Of a stretch of 64,000 bases of DNA, positions 13,453 to 25,705 are shown piece by piece. The stretch lies in the NCBI GenBank assembly GCA_012026655.1, contig JAAILG010000792.1:1-64000 (forward strand), given 5' to 3'. Source of the DNA: Hydrolagus affinis (lineage: Eukaryota). The position numbers and the translations under genes are program-made. Each line of letters starts with the position of its first letter. Positions within the stretch are counted from its first letter, which is position 1. Below the pieces are notes generated by a model that saw only the letters and a list, made by a program, of their open reading frames with translations, was not told the origin of the DNA and ran no database searches.

Positions 13453-15239
13453 TTCAGTCAGAGATAGGTCTGTATCAGATGGATGGCTGATTCAACCTCT
13501 TTTTGGAGAGATGAAGCACTCAGGTTTAATGACTGCGGTTCTACTGAGGTCAATTCAAATTCTAATTGGGCAAGAAAAAAATCTACGTGAAGTGCAAGTG
13601 GAACTTTAACAAAACGGTGTGGAGTACAGATAGTATTAGTGGTTCATAAAGAAAAAAACGTCTCCTTGAACTAAACTGAAATATTTGTTTGGATAATTTC
13701 TCCTTTGACTCAGTGTCAGGTTGAAATGAATTGGCTCCCTGTCAGCTGGGTGAAGCACTTTGAGGTTCCTCCTGAAGTGATTGCAGATGTAAAAGGTGCC
13801 ATGTAAATTGTTGCTGGTTATTGCAATCCTTATCATCCTTGCATTTGATGGAGTACCTTTTCATGTCATCATAATATCTCAAAACTCTTCACAGAATTTA
13901 ACGCGACGTGTCGTGACTTTGCATTTGTGGACAAACATGGCAGTCATTTAGCACACAGTCATAAAGTGAGTGACCAGTTTTAACTGGAAGATTGTTAGCC
14001 AGGACACCAGAAGAACCTCCCTTGATCCGATTGATTGTTTTAAAAATAATAATAGGATTTGAACAGGTAGAATACAGATAAACTATTTCTTCTAGTAGGA
14101 AAATCCAGAACAAAGCGGCATAGTCTAAAAATTAGAGCGAGGCCATTTTGGAAGTAAAATCAGGGGGCAACTTCTCACCCAAAGGCCATTGGGAATCTGA
14201 AATTCTCTCTGTGAATGCTAGATCCATTAAAATTTTGAAAGGTGAGGTTAATAGATACTTGTTAGGGGTTGAGCCTGACAAGTTGTGAGGATATCTCAAA
14301 GAGATCCACAGTATTTATTGTGAATTATAATGATTATATTATGGGACAAAAAAAACTTGATCTCCGATTAATATTTTGTTCATTGTTCCAGTAAAAAGAT
14401 GGACTTTATGTGGCTATGCTGAGACTGCCATAACTTGGGTTCAGCATTTAAACTTTCTGTTGAATAAATGCAGATGCTTTGTTCTGTTCCCCAGTCCTTC
14501 AGATTGCTTAGCAGCTCTATGGGAATCACAAAACATTCTCTCTGGCCGCTTTTCACACTGAGGGCGATTAAAAGATTAAAACTCAAATTGAGGTTTAATT
14601 TAGCCATGTGTCTGCGATATCGCCAGTGTTTCTCACCTTGCTGTAATTCATTGTCCTGAGTCTGTCTGTTCAGGAGTACGGCAGAGAGAGAGAGAGAGAG
14701 GGAAGACCCAGAGCCAGAAAATCATTTAATCCCCTAAACATAAATATACAGCCAAGCTGGAAATGCACAACCCAGCTCTGGAAGTCATAGAGATGCTCTT
14801 TACTTCTCTATTTGTTTCTATTTGTTCCTTAGAAGTTGTGCACTTCTTTTTTTTCCCTCTCCTGGATTGCAGCTTTCAGGATGTATTATGGCTTTTCATC
14901 AGAGTGGGTATTCACAAAAACAGCTTATGCCAAGAACTGTTTGAAAGTGGAATAGAACGCTTCAAAAAATGTCCGTTTGACGAGAGCCCACAATCTCATT
15001 TCAAAGAATATTGCCTAAATCCTTGAATAAAAATAATTTGAGCTGTTTTGGAAAAAGCAAGGAAATGGGATTGGAGTTAATTGGTGAGGGAGTTAGTATC
15101 AAACAGATTATTGTGGGCTGAATGGCCTCCATCTGTGCAACAAAATTTCTGTAATTTGTTATGTGGGTGGGACCCAATTTTTGTATTTTAACCAAGTGAA
15201 TTTCACATCAATGAGGATTCTTCCGATTTTTCTTTTATA

Positions 15240-15535
15240 ATAATAAAAGATTTAAAAAAACTTGCATTTGATATAGCGCTCTTCACATCTTCTAGACGTC
15301 TCAAAGTGCTTCACAGAATATACTCTGAAGTGAATTCACTGTATATTTTTGTGGGTGAAATGCGGCAGCCAATTACGCACAGCAGTGTACCACAAACAGT
15401 CATGGATTGAAGTGACCAATTTATTATTGTTTTCTTTCTTGAGGGATTATTATCAGGCCTGTGGAGTAAAGAAACTTGCCCAAGGTTTCGCCCTGCCAAA
15501 AATAAAACCCAGGTCTCTCACTTGCGAGGTGAGTG
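15240..15535 (-). mobile_element. Young tRNA-derived SINE
   Basis: Same family as 1802-2094, high similarity across body and tail. Confidence 0.85.
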
Positions 15536-16509
15536 TTCCATGTGTATTTTCTCAATCACACTCAAAATATTACAAACATATGTATATAATATATATATAT
15601 ACTGTATCATCCTCTGTAATGGCACAACTTCATCCAGTTTTAAGAAATGGAAGATAGATTAGATAAGTAATCACAATGCAAAGATCTTACATTTTAGACC
15701 TACGAGTCTAAAATGAATTTCAATGCATACTATGTGTTTAAATGCAGTAGATAAGGGAATACATTAAATAAAAAGAAATCTTCCTATAATGATCATAGTA
15801 CAGCTCCGCAGAGACAATTTTGCAATGACTCCCACTGATGGCAGAGCCTCTGAAGGTTGCACCGCTGACACAATGGTTTATCCTGGTGAATATCAAGGAA
15901 GGGTTCGAAATTTGAGATTTATCATAATGTGTTATCAAAAAAATCACAAATTTAATCCCCGTTACTTAATATTTCTCCGAACTTCTAGAGGTCCTTTAAA
16001 TTTTGTATCTACCACAAATATAATTCTTCCCAGTAAGTGGTCCTATACACTGTATCCTTGAGATATTATTTCCTAACGAAAATTTAGGGGGATGAAGCTT
16101 GATTTAGAAGATATGGACCAGTTGGATCTTGGCATTTTTTGTTCATGCTAACCCCATTGTGTGAGTGATGACCCCTTATCTGTATCATTTCCGGAGTGAG
16201 TCAGATCCAATTAATGTGGATAATTTATGGTATCATCCCTGGTACAGACTCCCTGCTAAACACAATGTACAGCAGTAGCATTTCCTTACACCAGCATATC
16301 ATGTCCCACATATGTATTGCCACCTACATGTGGCCATTTCCTATGTCTGAACTGGAGTGTGCACTCTCTCCCTGGAGGAAGAGAGATGTCCTCACAACGT
16401 GAAAGGCATTATACAAATGTAATTTTTGTATTTTATTGCTTACATAATTCCAGAGAGTGTTACAGTAACAATAAATTTAAATTTATGTAATGCCCTTAAC
16501 ACAGGTAGA

Positions 16510-16860
16510 GTCTCACAGTGCTAAACAATGGTGGAGAATGATGCGGAGCTGGGTAGAAATGTGACCATTGTTACTTTTGAAAAGGAAAGTCTTTGGAGAT
16601 GGGCAAATAAGGGCAAGGTGCAGGGATTGAGGCAAAGAGTTCCAGAGGTTTAGAGCACAGTTACTGGAGGCATAGCCACCAATGGCGGAGGAGAGGGGTC
16701 GAGGGATGTGCATAAGGGCTGAACCAGCCGAGTGAAACGGATAGTTCGATGAGTGGTGTGTGAGCAGATTGGAGCGGTTGGGAGGTACCAGAGCATGAAG
16801 CAATTTTAGATAAGTGTGAGAATCTTGAAATCGATCAGGGACAGGGAATGACAAGAGCCA
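16510..16860 (-). mobile_element. Older L2 LINE 3' fragment
   Basis: Minus-strand IGGYASSNCALNLWNSLPQSLHLA..KTFLF, an L2 ORF2 C-terminal signature. Confidence 0.7.
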
Positions 16861-18889
16861 AGGCCTGGGGCAGTCTAGAGTGATGTATCGAGCCATGGAA
16901 GTGCTGGGCAATGAAGAATTAGCAAAGTGGCATTACTGTATTTTATTGGGTAGCAATAAGATTATATTGATCAGTCTATTCCTATAAACACAGCTGCTTT
17001 ATTATTACTTTGATCCTATGTCTGGAAACAGTTTATAATCACAATCGTATGATGAGTTATTGGCAACACAACTTGTTGGCAGCCTACACACTGTGGTTAT
17101 GAGTCTCGCAGGTTGTTTTTTGTTTACTTCCAGCGTATCGTTGCTGCGATAAGAGAAGAGCTGAAATGAAGAGGCTCATAGATTATGTGGAGCTGTTTTG
17201 CGAGATGAGAAAATTACTGCTATTAAATATTTTATCATTTCTTATCATTCGTTTAGAGCTAACCTCTCCCAACACACTTTTCCATTTTTAATATTCAAAA
17301 CACAAAAGCGCTCTTAAAAATATATAAAACAATATTGGCTGCAGTTGGATGGCAGCTGAGAGATTTCCACCCATTAAAGTGAATTATATTGGTTGCATGG
17401 TGATTCCTAAACTGGTGGTCAGCAATTAGAGCAAATTAATGCAGATTGAAGACAGAATGGAGCTGGTTTATTTTATTTTAGGTAGATGAGCACAGTTGAG
17501 ATGACGATCAGTCTCGTTCTTTTTAATAACCATTTATCATTAACATGTACAGAGTACTGCTGCTCATCATTATGAGCTCTTAAAGCTATTATCTTCCCCC
17601 GAAGACATTTTGTCCTGAGCAAAAATGTACTGGGGTCTATTTGTAATAATTAGAGATTGTTAAATATGCACTGTTTATAACGCATTTCACTGATTTATAC
17701 CTTCATTATGCAATTTGAGGTAATGTCTTCCAGAGAAACTTTTTGGAACTTCACTGAAAACTATGACGCTAAACTGCCCATACGTCTGTGAATTGTTGAC
17801 TGTAATAAAATACAAAGGAGAGAAAAAAAGCAGCAAACTGAGCCAGACAACAAAATATTTAATCAGGTTTTTTAGGGAGTGGAATTTCTGAGACTGAATA
17901 AAAAATAAATGACCGCCTACTGGGGAAAACTGCAGCACACACTAACTGTAAGTCCTGGGAAAGTCGGGAGATAAATTCACCAGGCTCTAGATTTACTCTC
18001 TTAGCTTGTTCAGAATGACCAGAATTTTGGCAAATTGTGGAAGTCTTAATTTTAAGTCTGTTTTCAGTGACTCTTAAAAATAATTATCTGAAAACTGACT
18101 TCAGAATCATGGCTGCTTTTAAATTGTCAAATTCTGGGCTTTTTGAAATACGGAGAAACCAGAATCAATTTAGACTCGGATGGAACTACCCTGTAGATGG
18201 GAGATGTAGTTGAGAGTATAAATTAGTTTGTTGGGTGTTCCAAGATACTGCTTGTGAAAAGGTATTATGCACTGCCTCAGAGGATTTAGAAGTAAAATCA
18301 ACGATGAAAGGGAGACATATGATTAAAACGATGATATTTTTGCTTACAAAATACACAAACACTACACTCTACAGCAAATACCTGTAAAGTGCTTCAAGTT
18401 GCATTGAAGGTATAGGCCCTATATCAAATACAAGTATTATTATAGATACTGGAAAAGTGAGCGGATAATTTATGGAGAAAGGGTTAGAAAATGGGATTAC
18501 CAGATCTGCACAATCTAATAAACTCACAGGACAGTTCATCCAGTTGAGTAGCTTCCTTCGGTACTTATGTAACTAATGCTCTTTATTTTCATGTGTAAGT
18601 AGCATAGACATGTGGAATGGAGTCTGATTTAGATACTCTGAAGCCTGGTGATGGGTTGCCACAGGTGTCAGGCACCCAGCTGGCCAAAAAAAAAGCTCTT
18701 TTGTGGAATGCTTTGAGAAGGATTTGAATTCAGAATGCTCTGTTCCTTTAGATGACTGTGTGTTTCCAATTAATATCTTGGGAGTTTTGAGCAAGTTTGA
18801 CTGGACTCAAGGCACACATGTGAGCCACCAAACACACCTGACCAAATCCAAACTAACGGTCCATTGGCAGATTTGGCTTGATCACACCA

Positions 18890-19550
18890 AGATCAACTAC
18901 TCTGCCCTTGTCTGGTTCGAATCTTACCTCTCCCATCATCTCCACTTTGTTGCCACAAATGGCTTCTCCTCCAGCCACTGCACTGTCACCTGTGGTGTCC
19001 CCCAAGGCTCTGTCCTTGGCCGTCTACTTTTCAACATCTATATGCTCCCCACTGGTGACACAATCCGCAGATATGGGGTCAACTTCCATATGTATGCGGA
19101 TGACACTCAACTCTATCTTTCTACCTCCACCCTCAATTCCAGGACCACTGCTGTCCTGACAGGCATCAAGTCCATAAGATTGAGGCTCTCCTGATTGGCT
19201 CACTCCAGTGCCTTCACACATCAGGCACTGGCAGCATCAACCTCCATGGTTGCTCACTCCATACCTCACCAAGCCAATCAGGAACCTTGGTGTCTTGTTC
19301 GATCCTCAACTGTCTTTTCTCCTCCACCAGCGCCATGACCCGCTGTGCCTTTCCTTATCTCTGAAACATTGCTCTACTCCACCACTATCTCACTCTCAGG
19401 CTGCCTTCATCACATCCAGGCTCGACTATGTCAATGCCTTGCTTGTTGGTCTTCTCAACTACTCCCTCTTGTTCTGAAACACTGACTGTCCAGTGTCTTG
19501 GAACGTACTCCCGATGTGAAGGGCGCTATACAAATGCCAATTTTATTGTT
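18890..19550 (+). mobile_element. L2 LINE reverse-transcriptase fragment with deletions
   Basis: [36 protein letters not shown] (RT core), FITSRLDYVNALL, and an L2 tail at ~19490-19550. Confidence 0.9.
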
Positions 19551-20217
19551 GGATCTGTTGGATTGTTGGAAGTTCAGAAGATACAGTAGAGTGAAATCAA
19601 ATTTGATAAATCTGATTTATTACATTTCACTTATGTTTTTCCCTACAATTTTGCCCCTTCCGACAAAAGATGTTGCTCGTTTTTGCATTCCCCCTACCTT
19701 GCTATCAGTGGCCAAACCTTCAGCCACTAATGCCCATTCTCTGGAACTCCCTACCAAAATCTGCCTTCCCTTCATAAACCTGATAATTGTATAGCAACCG
19801 AGATTCAATCAAGGCTATAAAAGCCGCTGATGAGTAGAATTTTGATTCTGCTATTTGCAGCCGAACATCAAAGAGCCATTTGGTTTATTCTGCTGCATTA
19901 TACCCTGTTGCCAAATGAGTAAGACTTTGGTTGCACTTACAGATGACAACTGTTCCTGTATTCAGAGCCAGCTGCAAAGTAAGGGAACTCAGTGGCTTCT
20001 CTCTTATTTGTTCCACTCTCAGCGCATTCAGTTGCTTATAGCAGTCAATGCCTGGAGGGTTCACTGTTTCCATTGGGGAAGATCTTTAGCCATCCAACCC
20101 CACCTGGTCCACCCCACCAATGCTTTTGTGGGCATTCACCTTCAAAATTCATGATAACTGCACTTTATAGTAAATTCTGTGAAGCCCTTTGGGTTTCCTG
20201 CTGTGAAAGGAGTTAAA

Positions 20218-20395
20218 TAATAATAATAATCCTTGCATTTGATATAGCGCTTTTCACGTCTTCTGGACGTCTCAAAGCACTTCCACAGTATATACTGTGA
20301 AGTGAATTGATTGTATATTTGTGGGTTAAATGCGGCAGCCAATTGCGCTCAGTATCCCACAAACAGTCATGGATTGAAAAGACCAATTTTATTAA
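20218..20395 (-). mobile_element. Young tRNA-SINE 3' half
   Basis: (AAT)n tail plus conserved body; abuts an opposite-strand SINE tail at ~20150-20215. Confidence 0.8.
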
Positions 20396-20489
20396 CCTTA
20401 CTGTATCTCTATGTTGTCCCCTCCAGTCCTGATGTAGGTATGTTGGCAGGCAGATTGTCTGTAGGACAGGCCTGGTCCTGTCCTTAACA

Positions 20490-20765
20490 ATAGCGACAAC
20501 TTGCATTTATATAGCGCTCTGGGCGGTGGCTCAGAGTGCTTCACAATGGTGGAGCCCGAGGCTGAGCCGGGGGGGGGGGGTGGAAGGTGACCATAAGCAC
20601 AGTCGAAGAGAAAGGTCTTCAGGCGAGACCTGAAGAGGGAAAGGAGGGGGTGAGGCAAAGTGGTTGAGGGAGGGAGTTCCAAAGTTTTGGGGCATTGTGG
20701 CAGAAAGCACGGCTGTCGATGGTGGAGTGGAGGATTTGGGGGACAAGGAAGATGCCGGACCCTTG
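20490..20765 (-). mobile_element. L2 LINE 3' end
   Basis: Minus-strand LFRSRLKTFLFDCAY, C-rich tract and tail gcgctatataaatgcaagttgtcg. Confidence 0.75.
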
Positions 20766-21071
20766 AGTGACATCCATAAAGTAAAATATTCTGGGTGATC
20801 ATTTGACCAGCTCTTTAACATTAAATAAATATACTTCCCTAATTTTGGTGTTGAGTACATGTGTTCAGCCAGGATACCGAAACACCAGAGCTATTTTCTC
20901 AGGCTGATTGTAAAAAATATAGAGCAGGTGGTATAATGCTGGCTTCTCATTGACATCCCTCATCCCAGTGCTGCTGGGAGTGAAGCGGCTTCTCTCCTGC
21001 GATACATCCACAGCATAATATAAAGAAGTTTATAGTTTATGGCACAGTGTCGACGCAGATGTGAACGATAC

Positions 21072-21180
21072 AAAGCAAACAGCCCGAGGTCTTTTGCAGC
21101 AGCTAATTTGGAACAAAGTGTGGTGTTTGGCTCTGTGCTATAATGTGGATGGATTCCATGTCACTGCTCCCATTAGAGGA
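21072..21180. repeat. Copy A of a ~105-bp local direct repeat (candidate cis-regulatory module)
   Basis: Aligns with 21990-22092: first 46 nt have 5 mismatches; a later 30-nt block has 2 mismatches. Confidence 0.85.
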
Positions 21181-21989
21181 GTTGAGCGCTGAAACCTTGC
21201 TCTGCTACGAACCTTGCAATGTGCTTTTGTTCTCACAAAGCAATAATGCGATACCTGTGATAGTAAATCAAATCACAGGTCTCGTTTGGTTCACACAACA
21301 TATTTGGAGGCAGATCTTTTTGTACGGTACAACTTTAAACCGGGTGTATGTTTGTGAGTTGTATATAATAAATGTGTGCCTACAAAATACATAGTCACTA
21401 TACTTTTGACATATATCCTATGGAATATTTTGAAACATTCTCCTAAGTTAAAGAGCACTCTGTCAAATGTAATGATTGTTGTGTTTCCAAAAAGGTTCGA
21501 AGCGTTCTGAGACACCGTCCGGTGTGGAGGGTGCTGTATAAATCGAAGTTGCTGTTGTTGTTCATTGCTTTGGGTTTAAGGAAAGGAGAATTGGATGCTC
21601 TTCATGCACTTTATTGCTATCCAATGACTTTGTGGAGGTGCGTGGGAGCAGACATTGACTGTGGACTGGATTATGCTGCACTGTGATGCACATTGTGGTT
21701 TATTAGCTTGCCAGTACTCTCTACTGGGTCTCCCTATGAGTGATGCCCATTGAAGTGAGGTAATGGCGAGTGAACCTGGGGTTGTGGAAGAAAAATCCAA
21801 AGAAGTTTCCCTTGAAGAAGAGAAACTTGCAGGAGAACGTGTCGTTTTTTTTAAAAAAAAGTGTGATGATGTAAATCACCTGTGACCTCAGTGGTGTGAC
21901 GTCTGCAGAAATTGTCATTGTAACCATACAGACTCTGTGTTCTCTCACTCATCCCTGTTCCAACAAAAGATAGATGAGCAATACAGTAA

Positions 21990-22092
21990 AAAGCAAACAG
22001 CCCAAGGTTTTTTGCCACCGCTAATTTGGAACAAAATTGTAGGCTTTGGCTGCAATGTAGATGGATTCCATGTCCCTGCTCCCTTTCAAGGA
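21990..22092. repeat. Copy B of the ~105-bp local direct repeat
   Basis: See 21072-21180; offset 918 bp. Confidence 0.85.
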
Positions 22093-22764
22093 ATTTGGTG
22101 GAAACTAAAAGTTTCACCCCTCCACAGTTAGAGAAACATGGTTTTCATTCACCTAGCAGCCTGTACCAAGGCTTTGCTATCTGTGGTGCAGGAATCTGCA
22201 GTGTTCCTGGACTCCCTGACAGCTGATTCCGAGATGGATGAATTTTGCTGACTGCGAGAGTTAGGATAATGAGCATCTCACAGGACACACCTTGCATTAA
22301 GATACGGACAAACTGTAATAGGTTTGTCAGATCCTTCACTGGTCTTCAGAAAAATCATGTCTAAATCATGGAAATGTTGTCAAGGTTTCCCTTGTTGCCC
22401 AATTTTCCAGACAGTAACACGCTGAGTTGATATGCCAGTAAAACATCACTTTTTGTTTGAGGCTTATGATTTGCATTCACGTTACTCCAAAATATGGTTA
22501 GTTCAGCACCATTTCTCAGTGTAGTATCAAAAGGTACATTAATCCTGTAATAATACAGAGTGGAGTTATTTTGAAATGACATCAATACTTTTTCTAATAC
22601 TTTCTGAATCACTGAAATTGGATTATGTATTTGGCCCAATAATGAATGTTTTGGAATGAAATGCATCCTTTTTTTAATCCCTATTTTGAAACTTTTTAAA
22701 CATTTCTTGATTCATTTCCGTTACGATGCTTTAATCCTGTTAAATGAACTGGAAATTCACAGTA

Positions 22765-23625
22765 CCGTAAATACCCGCGTATAAGGCGCACTTTTTTCCA
22801 CGTCGGAAGATCTCGAAAGTTGGGGGTGCGCCCTATACGCAGGTACAAGAAATTTTGAGCCTCGGAAATACAGTAAACAGGAGGGGCGGCCGGCGCACTG
22901 TTAGCCGGGGTTTGGTCAGTGTCCGGCAGCGGTTAGGGGGGAGCGGTTGATGGGGCTTTGGCCTCGGCCGCTCGGGCAGCAGCAGCAGCAGCGGACTTCA
23001 GTGCTGAGCCTGCTGCCTGCCTTCTGCCAAACCCAGTCTGCCTCCCTGCCTGCCTGCCTCCCTCCCTCCTTCCCTCCCTCTCCTGCCTCCCTCCCTGCCT
23101 GCCTCCCTCTCTCTCCCCCTCCCTGCCTGCCTTCTGCCGAACCCAGTCTGCCTCCCTGCCTGCCTGCCTCTCTCTCTCTCCCTCCCTGCCTGCCTGTTTC
23201 CCTCCCTCCCTGCCTGCCTGCCTCTCTCCCTCTCTCTCTCTCTCTCACTCCCTCGCTGGCNNNNNNNNNNNNNNNNNNNNNNNNNNNNNNNNNNNNNNNN
23301 NNNNNNNNNNNNNNNNNNNNNNNNNNNNNNNNNNNNNNNNNNNNNNNNNNNNNNNNNNNNNNNNNNNNNNNNNNNNNNNNNNNNNNNNNNNNNNNNNNNN
23401 NNNNNNNNNNNNNNNNNNNNNNNNNNNNNNNNNNNNNNNNNNNNNNNNNNNNNNNNNNNNNNNNNCCGCCTCCCTCTCTCCCTCCCTACCTGTCTCTCCT
23501 GCCGCCCTCCCTCCCTTCTGCCAGCAATATCATCGAAAATGCTTCCGTTTTTTTTCACCAATAAAAGGTCAAAAGTGGGGGGTGCGCCTTATACGCGAGT
23601 GCGCCATTTACGCGGGTATTTACGG
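22765..23625 (+). mobile_element. Young non-autonomous Tc1/mariner (Tc2/Kanga-like) DNA element, copy 1
   Basis: TA|CCGTAAATACCCGCGTATAAGGCGCAC ... GTGCGCCATTTACGCGGGTATTTACGG|TA; repeated subterminal TATAAGGCGCAC motifs; CpG-rich; internal (CCTG/CCCT)n tract containing the N gap. Confidence 0.88.
23261..23465. other. Assembly gap (205 N)
   Basis: Run of N inside the CT-rich tract of MITE copy 1. Confidence 0.99.
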
Positions 23626-24904
23626 TACTTTATGCAACGACTGTCTTTCTGAGTGTCAAAGTAACACAGTAACTTACAGCAAACAAAATACACTCCTGGG
23701 AACATCAGATATCCAAAGTTTAGAGGAAGTGACATTGGTTGCGCCGTGATAACTTGAAGTTGGCCGTTTTTTAGTGCTTGAGCCAGCTAGAAATAAACCA
23801 GCCAACAGCGCAGGTGCACATTGAAGACAACTATTATCATCACATTATAGTTCGGGTTAGGATTTTATGGACACAAATCGCCACATTGTAATGGGGCTCC
23901 ACTGAACTTGTACTGTGTTTTCCTCGCCGTGAGCTGCTGGGTCCCTTTCTCCCAACAGATTGATTTCAAAACCCTTACCCTTACTACGAATCCATCCACA
24001 CCCGAGCATCTCACTTCTCTGATCGTCTCTCACCTCATTACTTGACTCACCCTTCGGTCACCTTTTTTCCCCCTTCCCATGGCTTGGGCCGGTATCCGTT
24101 ATTGTGAAGCGCTCTGAGATGCCGTCTCGTGTAGAGGGCTCTATATAAATCAAAGTTGTTGTTGTTGTCACCTATCTTGGGTTTGCTCTGCGCTTCTTTG
24201 CCCTCACGGCACCACAACTGGTGGCCAATGCTTGAGATCCTATGACTCTAATGTCTGGACCTCCCTCCCTCTATCACTCCATCTCACGTCCTCTCTGTCT
24301 GTCTTTCAGTACTCACTTGAAATCTAGTTTGACTGCACCTATGGTCACCTCCCTGTTCGCGTCTTCCCTACTTGGGATTGGACCCCGTCTCTCTGGCGCT
24401 CTGAGACATTATCTTCTGTTATGGGCTCTATATAAATGCAGATTGATGCCAACAAGAAAGTTAAACAAGAATAACAATTAGATCCAACGTACTTTGATTT
24501 ACAAAAATAATGACAAAATATAAACTCTCAACGTATTTCTTTTATGAGTATAATCTTTGCATAAATGTCGATTAAAGCCTGTAAGCTCTTTGCGTTCGTA
24601 TCGTGTCATTCCAAACCAATTCCTTATCTTTGTGGGCCCCTGTGTCTATTCAGTGAATAAAACTTTGTAAAGCTGCCTCGGCTTTGAGGCTGTTTCACAA
24701 CCAGCTTCATTTTTTTTAAATAGCAGGGGCTATATATCTTTTATTCTTGTTTCCTTATGCTAGGTGGGTGCTTAAACATGTGGAGTACGTACATAGCAAA
24801 CGCACATATAATGTGTGTGCTTAAATTCTGCCCACAATATGTGCAGTAATATTGGGCAGTACACAGGTACTCAGGCACTTTGTTTTGCACTCATGTTTTC
24901 ATTA

Positions 24905-25705
24905 TTGTGAATACCCGCGTATAAGGCGCATTCGCGTATAAGGCGCACCCCCCACTTTTGACCTTTTCTTGGTGAAAAAAAACGGAAGCATTTTCAATGA
25001 TATTGCCGGCAGAAGGGAGGGAGGCAGGAGAGACAGGTAGGGAGGGAGCGNNNNNNNNNNNNNNNNNNNNNNNNNNNNNNNNNNNNNNNNNNNNNNNNNN
25101 NNNNNNNNNNNNNNNNNNNNNNNNNNNNNNNNNNNNNNNNNNNNNNNNNNNNNNNNNNNNNNNNNNNNNNNNNNNNNNNNNNNNNNNNNNNNNNNNNNNN
25201 NNNNNNNNNNNNNNNNNNNNNNNNNNNNNNNNNNNNNNNNNNNNNNNNNNNNNNNNNNNNNNNNNNNNNNNNNNNNNNNNNNNNNNNNNNNNNNNNNNNN
25301 NNNNNNNNNNNNNNNNNNNNNNNNNNNNNNNNNNNNNNNNNNNNNNNNNCAGGAGAGGGAGGGAGGGAAGCAGGCAGGCAGGGAGGGAGGGAGAGAGAGA
25401 GAGGGAGGCAGGAGAGGGAGGGAGGGAGGCAGACTGGGTTAGGCAGAAGGCAGGCAGCAGGCACAGCACTGAAGTCCGCTGCTGTTGCCGCTGCCCGGGC
25501 GGGCGAGGCCGAAGCCCCGCCACCCGCTCCCCCCCAACCCCCGCCGGACACTGACCAAACCCCGGCTGACAGCGCGCCGGCCGCCCCTCCTGTTTACTGT
25601 ATTTCTGAGGCTCAAAATTTCTTGTACCTGCGTATAGGGCGCACCCCCAACTTTCGAGATCTTCCGATGTGAAAAAAAGTGCGCCTTATACGCGGGTATT
25701 TACGG
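24905..25705 (-). mobile_element. Same Tc2-like element, copy 2, inverted relative to copy 1
   Basis: End at 25705 is the exact reverse complement of copy 1's first 27 nt, followed by TA. The end at 24905 reads TA|TTGTGAATACCCGCG (3 substitutions vs CCGTAAATACCCGCG). Non-microsatellite parts look roughly 90% or more identical by eye. Confidence 0.88.
25051..25349. other. Assembly gap (299 N)
   Basis: Run of N inside the AG-rich tract of MITE copy 2. Confidence 0.99.

Noticed and set aside
17930-18196. Possible decayed MITE ending ..ggaactaccctgta
   Set aside because: Could not identify a matching left TIR or TSD.
22916-25554. Long Pro/Ser/Leu- or Gly/Arg/Glu-rich ORFs (185-263 aa)
   Set aside because: Translations of CCTG/CCCT microsatellite and N gaps inside the MITEs; open in several frames on both strands.
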